A stretch of DNA of 63,133 nt, counting the filler, from Globobulimina sp. (Eukaryota): assembly GCA_003354225.1 (NCBI GenBank). It is 24 parts of 24 records of this genome, joined end to end, with 100 filler letters (N's around TTAATTAATTAA, not from the genome) between each part and the next. Parts side by side here need not be neighbours in the genome. Positions count along the whole stretch, not along the records: positions 10,548 to 13,083 come from PIVH01006118.1; positions 13,184 to 15,719 come from PIVH01006119.1; positions 15,820 to 18,355 come from PIVH01006120.1; positions 18,456 to 20,991 come from PIVH01006121.1; positions 21,092 to 23,627 come from PIVH01006122.1; 19 more parts are not named here. One strand, written 5' to 3'. Numbering within the stretch: the first letter of the stretch is position 1; each line of letters opens with the position of its first letter. The position numbers and the translations under genes are program-made. Below are positions 10,840 through 23,727 of the stretch, piece after piece. The notes below the pieces were generated by a model, which saw only the letters and a list, made by a program, of their open reading frames with translations, was not told where the DNA came from and did no database searches.

Positions 10840-13083
10840 TCATTTACGTTGAGCGCCGTCAACATCATCAATATCATCCAGTAACCCCTCATAAAAATCC
10901 TCCAAAATAGCCGAATCGCCAGACCTGACATCTTGAAATTTAACAACTGGACTTTTCCGCTTGTTCCCTTTCTTTGTCTTCGGATGTGCCACTTGTTGTT
11001 TTTCTTCTTCTTTTTCCACACTCTCTTCCACAATATCCATACCCACATCACTCGTAACATTGGAAACTATCTGTTCCGCACTGTCACTGTCACTGTTCCC
11101 TGCAAACTGCAACACATTCATCTTCGACTTCAGTTTATAAGCCGATTTATGCCGCATCACATCCGTCGGCTTATACGTCACCGAATGCTTACTCACATTG
11201 CTCACATTCTCCCCACTGTTGGTAGAATTCTCCTCCACCATCGGGATAAACAGCGCAGAGGCAATGTCTTGAATGGACTGCCTCTGTTCATGCATCGACT
11301 TCTTACCCAACTTATTACTCAACCTATTGCTCAATCTATTGCTCAATTGTGTTCTCGGCAGCTTTCTCGGTAACTTGTTCTTCAACACCGCAGATTGGAT
11401 CTGTTCGGCCGCTTTGGTCACGCTCATCATAAAATTATCACTGTCCCCATCAGAGCCGTTTTTATCATCGCCATCATACGCTCCATCGTCACTATCCACA
11501 GCGGTCAATGCCTTAACTAACGTAAACTTACTATTCGCCTTCACCAACGCCAACAGCTCGTCCACCGTGGACTGCAGCCCTCGGACTTGCACTTGCAACT
11601 TGGCCACGGGCGTCTTGTCGCTCGTCACTTCGTCCACAATCTCGTTGATATTGGGCGTCAAGATGTGTTTCACCGAACGCGGGTTATAGCTTTTGATGAT
11701 TTGCCGCAAGGACTTTCGCAACGCATTGAACGAAGCGTGCGACTCCGTGGACGGAATGGCATTTAACTGCGTATCCAATTGCTGTAATTGCCGGTACATT
11801 CGGTAGCGCTCCGCCTGCCGAATCAGCTCTTTTTTCTTTTTCAACTCTTTCTCGCGTTTCTTCCGGGCTTTGTACTCTGGCGATTTACGGTCTTTTTTCA
11901 GCGGCGCGGCGCCACCCATAGTGTGGTGCCGTTTTAGTTGCTGTTTTCGTTTCGTATCGTCGTCATCTTCCAATCCATCGCCCCATTGTTCCTCCGCATC
12001 GCCGTCAGATAAAAAGTCGGCAAACCAGGAGATTGACGCAGGGATCAACACTAAGATGATCAGACAGGGCCAGACTGCCACGCAAAACACCAAGAAAGAG
12101 ATTTGCTGCAAGACAATGGTCATGCGGCCGACTTCGCTCTTGTTGCGATAGCATTGCTGGCAGATTTCCGGAGCGTAGACCTCCACAATTTTAGCGTCTT
12201 GCGGGTCGCACGCCGGCTTAAATTGCGATAAATACGACGAGATGTTATACGGTTCGTAGTTGTGCTCCTTGCAATGCGCACAGATCCAATACCGCGTATT
12301 GCGGGAGAATAAATCCTGAATGCCATGCCAGACCCGCTTGACATAGGAAGTGCCGACGGGCTTCGCTAATTGCAAATGATTCTCCACATCGATATAGCGA
12401 TTGATCAATATCACCATCAAGACGTCCATAATCAGCCATATCACAGTGATGCCAAACACGAAGATGTTCAATGGAGGCGGCATCAGTCCGGACGAGCGAT
12501 CCAAGTCATACGCATTCTTTATGTATTGATAAACGACCTGATGCTCGGCCTGACGTATCATTTTGTTGTAGGTGAAGGAGATCATCGCAATCAATAAGCG
12601 GATCATAATCAGCGCAATGATCAAATAGCCCATAATCAGCAATTGAACCAAATTGCTGCGCCATTCCGGGACCCAGCCGGAGTCCTTACACAAGTCGTCC
12701 GGGAAATCGCCGCAGGCCTCCAATACGCTAAAATCTATTTTGCCAAAAGTCGATTTGAACATATACAGAATGGTCGATTGTACCTTGTCAAACTCGTAGG
12801 AATAATCGCCGATAAAGGCGCGAATAGCAAAGCTGAAGCCAACCATGAATAATAAGGTCAATTTCAAGTAATTGATGAAGTCGTCCTTCATGGCCATGAT
12901 GATCTTGATCAAGGGACCTAAGGTCGAGTCTTGTTCCGCGAAGTACAGCGTGCGAATCCACATTAAAATGGCATTAAATCCGTATAAAAAATTAAAGAGC
13001 TCTGCTTCGGTGCTGTCAGCTTTCCGATAACAACTATCTGACAGGTAATAATCTAATTGCTTCAAACAATCACATTTGAAGTC
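10840..13083 (-). CDS. TRP-like cation channel, C-terminal part (S4-S6, TRP-box region, long tail)
   Basis: WIRTLYF..LGPLIKII..M..D, pore region, LLIAMISFTY, LMPPPLNIF proline box. Confidence 0.85.
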   Translation of the reverse strand, partial: DFKCDCLKQLDYYLSDSCYRKADSTEAELFNFLYGFNAILMWIRTLYFAEQDSTLGPLIKIIMAMKDDFINYLKLTLLFMVGFSFAIRAFIGDYSYEFDKVQSTILYMFKSTFGKIDFSVLEACGDFPDDLCKDSGWVPEWRSNLVQLLIMGYLIIALIMIRLLIAMISFTYNKMIRQAEHQVVYQYIKNAYDLDRSSGLMPPPLNIFVFGITVIWLIMDVLMVILINRYIDVENHLQLAKPVGTSYVKRVWHGIQDLFSRNTRYWICAHCKEHNYEPYNISSYLSQFKPACDPQDAKIVEVYAPEICQQCYRNKSEVGRMTIVLQQISFLVFCVAVWPCLIILVLIPASISWFADFLSDGDAEEQWGDGLEDDDDTKRKQQLKRHHTMGGAAPLKKDRKSPEYKARKKREKELKKKKELIRQAERYRMYRQLQQLDTQLNAIPSTESHASFNALRKSLRQIIKSYNPRSVKHILTPNINEIVDEVTSDKTPVAKLQVQVRGLQSTVDELLALVKANSKFTLVKALTAVDSDDGAYDGDDKNGSDGDSDNFMMSVTKAAEQIQSAVLKNKLPRKLPRTQLSNRLSNRLSNKLGKKSMHEQRQSIQDIASALFIPMVEENSTNSGENVSNVSKHSVTYKPTDVMRHKSAYKLKSKMNVLQFAGNSDSDSAEQIVSNVTSDVGMDIVEESVEKEEEKQQVAHPKTKKGNKRKSPVVKFQDVRSGDSAILEDFYEGLLDDIDDVDGAQRK

Positions 13084-13536
13084 NNNNNNNNNNNNNNNNN
13101 NNNNNNNNNNNNNNNNNNNNNNNNNNNTTAATTAATTAANNNNNNNNNNNNNNNNNNNNNNNNNNNNNNNNNNNNNNNNNNNNATATAATTAATATTTCT
13201 TTTTTTTATCTTTAATTTTTTTGGTTGAAAATTCGATACTGTATAATATTTGGCTTCATGCATTTGGATGTTTGATGACAATGAATAGAAACAAACAAGA
13301 AAAAGCAAATATTAACTGTCTTCATAAAAATAAGTCCGTCCCTGTGTTCCCCACCAAATCTGTGCAGCTGCATCATTTTGACTTTTTATAATTCATAATC
13401 GACTAATAATGTAAATTCCAAATTGTTGCGACATCAAGAAAAAAAAGTCCTAGTTTTGAAGTGTAAAAACTCTAAAACCTCAACATCCCTTCGTGACCTT
13501 TTACTCACCAATTAACAGAACAGTCATAACAGCACC

Positions 13537-15296
<1,760 letters not shown>

Positions 15297-15396
15297 TTTT
15301 ATTTATTGTTTGTTTTTGAGCCAATTATTTAAACAAAATGTAGTAATTTCTTTCGTTTCATTGTAACGTTTTTCTTGACCTTGTACGTTTTCAAAA

Positions 15397-15719
15397 TGTT
15401 TGCAAAAATGGCACCGCAATTTGGAGAATATCTAAAATTAGGGATTTATTCGTCGGGTATCACGTTTGCTGCCATAGGATACCTGTTTCATAGACCAGAA
15501 AAATGTACAAAATCATCTGTTTTATATGCAATTTATTATCCGTTATTATTGCAATACCCAGCAACATTTGAATTGTTTTATGGATTGATATCAAAGAAGA
15601 ATAATAATAGCATGGTATACAAATTATTAATCAGCACTTCATTTCTATCAAGTATTGTAATCCCATTCTTTCATTCAAAAATTCATTTTTCAAAGCCACA
15701 AAAATATCAAACACGACGG
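15397..15719 (+). CDS. Hydrophobic hypothetical protein, 3' truncated
   Basis: Open frame with 2-3 hydrophobic stretches running to the contig end. Confidence 0.35.
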
Positions 15720-15917
15720 NNNNNNNNNNNNNNNNNNNNNNNNNNNNNNNNNNNNNNNNNNNNTTAATTAATTAANNNNNNNNNNNNNNNNNNNNNNNNN
15801 NNNNNNNNNNNNNNNNNNNTGTATGTGGATTTATATACGAACTTTACTTATCCAAAGTACCAAACTTGTTTTTTCTAATATTTGTTGCAATAATCACATC
15901 AATGCATCAAGGTTATA

Positions 15918-18355
15918 TGTGAAGCTTCTTTAATATGGATTGATGGCAAAACCAACTGGAGCTTGAACTGAATAGTCAGTTATCACGAGATATCGACAAA
16001 ATAAATAATAATTTCAATTCAAAATCCACCAGAAAAGCACGTTTTTTTTTACTTTTTTTCAGAATTGTGAGAAATATGCAATGATAAAAAAAAAAGTTGT
16101 ATGAATGAAATGGAAAAAAAAAGTCATTATGGTATAGTTCAATTGCTGCAGAGTCACGAAATTCAAATTGCTGGCACATCCAATGGTAAATAATGCTTTA
16201 CATCATAGAACCCCCGCCTTGTGACTCCCAAATTCTCTGTGGTTGCTGTGGCGGCTGAGATTGCGGTGGCGGCGGTACATTATTATTATTCCACTGCTGT
16301 TGAGGATGTGGCAAAGGATAAGGTTGCTGTGGTACCTCTACATCATTCTCATGCCACTCTCTTTGCATTCGCTTCATAGTCATCCTGTCCGCAAGGTTCT
16401 CGATCCCCGCCTCTCTCAACTCAGCAACATCCATAATAGCAATATCTTTAATACTCCTGAATGCAATAAATAAGTGGGCCAATCCAGGAGCGCCTGCTTC
16501 TTCAAACCATTGTTTCACAGCATCCTCACCCACGTTTGTCCGACGTAATGGACTGTCATGTGGTGGAATTGATACGTTTAAGTTTGATACATGATGTGTA
16601 ATATTATCATTATCATTATAATTATTCGAGGCCGGAATATTATAATTATTCGAGAGCTGCTGCTTCGGAAAATGTGCATCAATTTTTGCACGATAGTCTT
16701 GGAATTTCACCAAATCCGATACATGTCCGACCACCGCTTCATCATTAATATTTCTAGGACCACCGGTAAATCGCGATTCCGGTGGTACGGGGGCTATGAA
16801 AGGATATTCTTTAAGTGACAAATTTGTCTTTCCATTGAGTGGTGTGCCATCACCAAATAATATGCCACCGAATTTTCTGGCATTCGCGATAGTAACACGA
16901 TGTGACTCATTATCCCAATAATAACAAAATAACATAACAAGGCAAAACGCCATTTTATCACGCACTGTATTCGTACATTCCGGAATTGTCTTTTAATAAA
17001 TATTGATGCACAGTGACATAAATTTTGATATAAAATATATATATATATTGACTTAACTCCGGTCGCAAATAATTCTGCTTTAGTTTTTCGTTTTGGTTTT
17101 TGTTTTGGTGCGGAAATAACGAGTTCGCTTTTCGTTTTGGTTTTCGTTTTGCTTCTTTTTCCTTTTTTTTTCTTCTTTTTTTTCTTTCTTTTTTTCTTTC
17201 TTTTTGTCTGTGTGCCCGAAGAAGAGGAGTCTTCTGTCTCTGTTTCTGACTCTGTGTCTGCTTTCCTTTTCTTTCTTATTTTTTTTTTCTTTCTTTTTCT
17301 GTTTTTTTTTGTCTGTGTGTCTGAAGAAGAGGAGTCAGATATTTTATTTTTGTTTCTCCTCTTTTTTTTTGTTCCGTTTCTTCCTTTCTTTTTCGACCAA
17401 TATGTTTCGGCTCTTAAACGGTTTTTAAATAATTCACGCGCGGACGCAAGAGGGATATACCAATCATCATCTTTACTGTCCCACCACTGTTCAAAAAATT
17501 CGATTGTTTTTGGACCAATACCCTTTAAATTACCTTTATTTTTATGATCTGTTATCATCGCAAATGTAGCTTCTTTTGATGCGATATCTGTGTCTGAAGC
17601 GTCTGCAATAAAATCTCTAAACACTCTAAACGCTTCCAATGTTTTACCAGACAATGATCTAAACTCTGTGCGGATTTGCGTGAATAATTGACAAATTATT
17701 AAGATAAGTTAAATTCACAAACAAAGATAAGTTAAATGCATACCAGTAGAAGCGATTTTAAAAATCTGATTACAAAACGAACGGAAGTTGTCACTATTGT
17801 TCGAAGCAGCCATAGCGAATTAGCGATGTTTGGAGTAAGTGAATTGTAAATAGATAGTTGTTGAAAACTGCACTTAATTTAAGTAAAATCAACATGAGAA
17901 ACGATGGTAAAGACACAAATCAAAACATGGATATCAATTGATGGATATTGTGATTTAGTTGTAATCATCACTTTCAAATCATAGCGGTCGTCTGAATTCA
18001 CTCGTGCATTATTAATTGTGCATAATACTTGCGTTTGATGGTTGATTTGATTGACATTATTGACGATGCATCAGCTCCGTTTGGCGAATAATATATTGAA
18101 TATGAATAGTATAATAATTATATTATGATATTATCATCCGTGGTGAATTAACCGTGAACTGAATTGTATTGAATTGAATTGCCCAATTGGTTTGTTGTTA
18201 GTTTTGTTTTGTACATGATTTTGAATTGAAATTTTGTTTTCTGGTGGATTTTGAATTGAAATTATTATTTATTTTGTCGATATCTCGTGATAACTGACTA
18301 TTCAGTTCAAGCTCCAGTTGGTTTTGCCATCAGCCCATATTAAAGAAGCTTCACA
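15918..18355. mobile_element. Putative TIR-bounded unit (119-bp inverted repeats at 15918-16036 and 18237-18355) with no visible transposase
   Basis: TGTGAAGCTTCTTTAATATGG...CCACCAGAAAA is reverse-complemented at the other end with 2 mismatches. Confidence 0.6.
16198..17813 (-). CDS. About 489-aa protein: HhH motif, Lys/Arg-rich tract, central domain, SAM-like domain; 3 exons (introns 17666-17743, 16990-17057)
   Basis: LKGIGPKT HhH; poly-K tract; VKQWFEEAG..LAHLF..I..MDVAELREAGIENLADR SAM-like; exons sum to 1470 nt in frame. Confidence 0.7.
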
Positions 18356-18489
18356 NNNNNNNNNNNNNNNNNNNNNNNNNNNNNNNNNNNNNNNNNNNNT
18401 TAATTAATTAANNNNNNNNNNNNNNNNNNNNNNNNNNNNNNNNNNNNNNNNNNNNCTCTGCCATTTAGAAACATTACATTTAGTTTGTC

Positions 18490-19546
18490 ATGGCACTCAA
18501 CGAAAAGTCAATGCTTTTTGTATTGCTGATCACATTAATCCAGCAATTCTATGCATTGGTAGTAGACGACGACGACGATGACATTTATGGCGACAGTATT
18601 CATTACGCAGGAATTGGACGACATGTTTTAGCAAAAGACAATTATACAGCTATTAATGGAAGTGGTTATTTTGCACATCACGCAAACTGTAACCAAACTA
18701 TGTTCGAGTATATATATCAAGACATGGACGAAGCCATATGCCAACCGCGAAATATCCATTTTGCTGTACCGTGGGCAGAAAACCAACGTAAACGCCCGAG
18801 ACGGTGTAAAATTACCAATGAAAATCGCATATTATGTTTTTTAAACGAATTGGGCGAACAGCCCAAAGTGTGGGAGACGGCGCGGCAAAACGGATGGAAT
18901 CCGTCGAGCGTATCGCGAGATTTCAAGCATTGCCTCATTCATTTCGTAGATCTATTTAAAGATTGGATTGGTCCATTAAACAATGGACAGCGTGCTGCCG
19001 CGCAGGTTTATGAGTATTATCCGACGGCTTATTGTAGTTTGGATGGATCGATGTTTAGAAGAAGAGCGACAAATATTTTGCCTGCTCATATTAACCGGGC
19101 CGATTATTACGACCATAAAAAGAAACACGCAGAGGCTCTCAACGTACAAGCAATTGCAACAAAAGCGAATTATTGCACTCATTTATTAACAGGTACATAT
19201 TTTTGTGTTTGTTTTGTATAAATTTTAGTTTTGTTTTACAGGAATTCCGGGTCGAATGTGCGACTCAAATGCGAGTCGATATTTAGCAGAAAACGAATGG
19301 AATCAATCGATTTTAGTTGATGCGGGATATCCGAGTAACGCGCGCTTTGTAGGTCCAGATGGTACGAATGAACATAAAGCCGCGCGAAGCCATATCGAGC
19401 ATCTATTCGGCGCAAATAAAATGGACTGGGGAATGGTTGGTGGAATTTATAGAAGAGATTCAAAGTATCATTCATTGGCAATTCGTGCATCATTTATTTT
19501 AGGAAATATGAAAAAGGTATTTGGCCCAAATTATTTGGATTATTAA
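18490..19546 (+). CDS. PIF/Harbinger (HARBI1-like) DDE transposase, 2 exons (intron 19193-19241)
   Basis: HTH ..SSVSRDFKH, CSLDGS (D1), YY..KK..NVQ, GIPG..D, LVDAGY (D2), H..ARSHIEHLFG..K..W (E). Confidence 0.85.
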
Positions 19547-19578
19547 CATATCAAATTGTGTAATTATATACTTATTAT

Positions 19579-19901
19579 TATGCTTTATTTGACACAGAAA
19601 TTTCTTTTTTTTTATTATTATTTTACTATGTCATGCGGCGTAGCCCTATGTTTCATAATTCTATGAACATATTTGTATATAATAAGTATAAACAAATAAT
19701 ATAATTCGCTCTGTTTAGAAAGTGTATAAAAATCTGAAAGTTATACTTTTTTTTTATGGTTATGTAAAAGGACAAGTTTGATGAGTAATATTGTATTATT
19801 TATATAAATAAAAGTGCTATAAAATTAAATTTAAACGGATTGACACAAACATAGTAAAATAATAATAAAAAAAAAGAAATTTATGTGTCAAATAAAGCAT
19901 A
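19579..19901. repeat. 53-bp inverted repeat pair (19579-19631 / 19849-19901, 1 mismatch)
   Basis: TATGCTTTATTTGACACA(G/T)AAATTTC(T)9ATTATTATTTTACTATGT and its reverse complement. Confidence 0.9.
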
Positions 19902-19919
19902 TTTGAATAGCATAATAAA

Positions 19920-20866
19920 TTAAATATGCAAATCAATAATTTCTTGAATTCTCTCAATAATTTTCTCTTTATTCCATTGTTGTTTTACTGCTAATTTTAA
20001 TAATCTAATAAATGACTTTGGTTTTTGTTCAATCAAATTTAATATCGGTTTTCTCTCAGATTTCTCCTCATAAATATCGCGGATATAATTTTCCGCCATT
20101 GCCATATATGTGTCATCATCATATGAGAGCATCATCAAACAATTATTTGTTTCTTGCATAATTTTCACGGCTTTCTCTTTATTAATTAATGTGTCGCGTT
20201 TATAATTAACGCGATGCTTTTCTTTTTTATTAAATTTTTCTTGATATGCACCAATTTTTTCTTCCACATTCATTTTATTATTTACATTGTCATTTGCGTT
20301 CATTTTCTTTCTCAAAATATCAATTTCATCGGATGCGTTTGTTGCCGGTTGCCATTTTTTAAAAACCTCTTTACGAATATGTTCATTTACATCATCAACC
20401 AATTCCTTTAATGATGGGTTTCGACGGAATGCACAATGCGATTTATCTCTTATTTTTGGTATTCTGTATATAATATAAATAGTTTTAGTATACAAAAAAT
20501 GGTATAAAATACATACACATTTGCTAAGCCATTTGTTTTACGCCCCTCAAATCCTTTTTTCTTTAAATATTGAGCCAAGCCGGCTCTCTCAAGAAATTTC
20601 TTCAATGCTTCGGTGTCATCGTATCTCTGTCGCATAAACCATAATAAAATACATTTTACTTCTTCGCCGCTGTACGTTTTATTACCTCTTTTTTTTACTG
20701 AATTATTATTGTTGTTATTCGTATTATTATTCGTGTTATTATGTGCCAATAATTCTAATTTCAAATACAATGTCGTCAACTCAAAATTTACTGTCTTCAC
20801 ATTACGAAAACCTTTGCGATCATCGCCATAAAAACATAAATCAAACCCATCCGCCGTCGTAAACAT
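19920..20866 (-). CDS. Myb/SANT/trihelix-like DNA-binding protein (Harbinger ORF2 candidate), intron 20464-20516, 5' end uncertain
   Basis: TYSGEEVKCILLWF...LAQYLKKKGFEGRKTNGLAN-V-IPKIR resembles trihelix; the spliced frame continues into a coiled-coil tail. Confidence 0.6.
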
Positions 20867-21092
20867 AAATCAAACCGATTCGATAATACGGTAAAATGTC
20901 TCTAAATGTTTTAATAAACGCCGGATAATCATAGCCATTCACCACAAACAAATCAAAATTCTTCATTTTGCAATATCTATCTTTGAAGTCGNNNNNNNNN
21001 NNNNNNNNNNNNNNNNNNNNNNNNNNNNNNNNNNNTTAATTAATTAANNNNNNNNNNNNNNNNNNNNNNNNNNNNNNNNNNNNNNNNNNNNA

Positions 21093-22103
21093 ATGATAAT
21101 CTCTTGGTTTGTATCAATGTATCAAAATAAAACATCATTAGTTGGACACCATTATGCAATCGGCATTGTATTAAGTTGTGTGCTCTCAGAAACTATGATA
21201 CATTGTATACGATTGATGTATATTAATAAGCATGGTTCTTCATTAAAATTAATGGATTTTGCAGAGACACAAAGTGAAGTATTAAGACAGACATTATGTC
21301 GTTTATTAATACTGATGGTTTCCATGGGTTGGGGAGTTACTTTGCCATCATCAGAGATTACAAACAAAATGAAAGCTGAATTATTGAGATTAGGTTTAAT
21401 TTTTTATTTTGGTGCAAGTGCAGCTCAATATTTTTTATTTCAACTTACACAAACTCACCAACTCGGAAATAAGTGGTTTATTTTCACCATCATTGGGTGC
21501 TATTCATTATTGGATAGTGTTATTATATGGACTGTTTTAATGAATTTAAATGTTATTTTAATCCAATTAAAAAAGAATAATCAATATGCCAAATATGATC
21601 ATTATAAAAAGTTTTCATTGGCATTGGTTGTGTTGATAATATTTGCTGCAATGAATGCGTTGCTTCAATCGTATATAATGGGTAGAGAGCATTGGTATGA
21701 CTATTTTTATTTAATTGAATTGGTAAGAACATGTTTCTGGCATTTCATATTTTTATTATTTATGATAATTGTTATGATTTCATGGAGACCAAACCGAGAG
21801 GCCCGGATTTATGCGTATGTGAAGCAAGTACAAAATGGTGATAATGAAGATGTTGATATGGAGGCAAATTTTGATGCAGACGGACAAGTTATACAAATTG
21901 CAAACAATGATGGTATTATTTCAAAGGCTGTGTTTGAAATTGGTGATAATGATACTGTTGGTGACCCTGAAATTGAGTTGGAAGAAATAGAGGTATTTAC
22001 TCCTGTAGGACCAGATGGATCGCCATTAATATACAATTTGGACTTAGGAGGTTCCGACACTGATGAATTTACGACTTGTGAATTAGGTGATTCGATTCTT
22101 TGA
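21093..22103 (+). CDS. GOST/lung-7TM receptor (TMEM87/GPR107-like), 5' truncated
   Basis: LLILMVSMGWGV, K...Y.KF, WRPN..A.IYAY, acidic tail. Confidence 0.8.
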   Translation: MIISWFVSMYQNKTSLVGHHYAIGIVLSCVLSETMIHCIRLMYINKHGSSLKLMDFAETQSEVLRQTLCRLLILMVSMGWGVTLPSSEITNKMKAELLRLGLIFYFGASAAQYFLFQLTQTHQLGNKWFIFTIIGCYSLLDSVIIWTVLMNLNVILIQLKKNNQYAKYDHYKKFSLALVVLIIFAAMNALLQSYIMGREHWYDYFYLIELVRTCFWHFIFLLFMIIVMISWRPNREARIYAYVKQVQNGDNEDVDMEANFDADGQVIQIANNDGIISKAVFEIGDNDTVGDPEIELEEIEVFTPVGPDGSPLIYNLDLGGSDTDEFTTCELGDSIL

Positions 22104-22449
22104 GTTTTTAAATTAAACTTTTTGCTCTGACTTGATCCCAAAAAGGGTACATGCTAACATGCTTTCGAAAATTATAATACATGAGTACACACTAAAAAGC
22201 AAACAATAATTCATGATAAAAAATAAAAAAACAATAACCATGAATATACAGATTTTGAATTCCATGTTTTTTTTAGATATTTCTCACTATTTATGTGGAA
22301 ATTCAATTACATAATAAATGTTCAAACACAAATTTACAAACAGAAAGCGTTGATACGATCTACCTACAATATAAAATTAAAAAAAACAACATAAAATTAA
22401 AAAAAATAGATATAAAACAGTAAATACCACAAACAACATATTATGTTAT

Positions 22450-23627
22450 TTATGTATTAATAATTATTTTTTCTTGTTGACAAGGCACAGACGGCACACA
22501 CGGTATGACATACATTTGAAAATCACACGAATACTGCAAAATAATATCAACCATCCATAGCTGATCAAAGCAAACATCACTTAATATTTTCTCAATGGTA
22601 CAATGTCTTAAAATTGGCATTAAATGATCCATCACAAATTTACAATGTTGATTGTTGTCTGAATCAAATCGATTGTTAAATTTCATATTTCTTCGAATAA
22701 ATCCATTTCCGTCACCATCACCGTGATTAATTATTAATTTATCTAAAATCAAATATCTTAAATCTCGATGAAACCACGAATAATCATACAACATTAAATA
22801 AAACATATATTTGTACCTTACCCAGGCGCCAATCGCGCATAAAATGATACAAATTCCGTCGCGTAATGCCCAAAACTGTAGCAACACAGCAAATGCTTCA
22901 AAATTAGCAAACAATGAATAGGCCGACCAGCCGAAGGATATCCACCACAAAATATAGCCAAAACCTACAATGCCGAAACATAAGAAACAATATGATTGGA
23001 AGGAGGTTGATAATGATTTCCACGAAGAGCTGTCTTGTTGGTCATTGTTTACATGCGAAAAATAAAAATTTTTATCCCCGTTTTGCAGGAATATCTTATT
23101 AAAATATTTGAGACATTTCCATCGATTCCATCTCTTCACATTCTTGTCTCTCGCATTGATAATAAATTCATTAATCACTTGAAAATACATATTTTTAATA
23201 TTTTCGTCAATTGGTTGATTATCATTTGCCGCGTCACCGTCATATAAATGTAAAAGGGACAAAAATAGAATACGTAACGCGGTGAAATTAAATTCGTAAT
23301 AATTATGTTTGATTAATTCCTGATTTTGTTTTAAAAATTGGTGATAAAAATAATTATTCACTTGATGCATAAACATCATTTCATACGAGACATTGTAACT
23401 ATTTATTATCGAGGCATAGCCTTCAGAATTAATCAAAATAATCGTCACTAATATTAAAATAATCGGCGATAAACCAAACAATAATGTTAATATAATGGGG
23501 AATAACAAGGTTAGCAATGGGCATTGTAATAAACGTAATTTATTATTTCTATTGCAACAAATAATGAGCCCCATCATGGAACACAATGAAAATATTATCA
23601 ATGGGAATATAAATGCATTGAATTGCG
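22450..23627 (-). CDS. Multi-pass membrane hypothetical protein, 5' truncated
   Basis: More than 380-aa frame with several hydrophobic segments. Confidence 0.55.
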
Positions 23628-23727
23628 NNNNNNNNNNNNNNNNNNNNNNNNNNNNNNNNNNNNNNNNNNNNTTAATTAATTAANNNNNNNNNNNNNNNNN
23701 NNNNNNNNNNNNNNNNNNNNNNNNNNN

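Larger units (their letters stand above)
18456..20991. mobile_element. PIF/Harbinger-type DNA transposon body (transposase plus convergent Myb/trihelix-like gene); termini not on contig
   Basis: Two-gene layout characteristic of the superfamily. Confidence 0.7.

Noticed and set aside
17137-17547. Phe-rich ORF and the many other short antisense ORFs in the track
   Set aside because: They are shadows of real genes on the opposite strand (here the poly-Lys tract).
15820-20991. 119-bp inverted repeats as the TIRs of the neighbouring Harbinger transposase
   Set aside because: They are on different contigs, and the repeats enclose a different gene.
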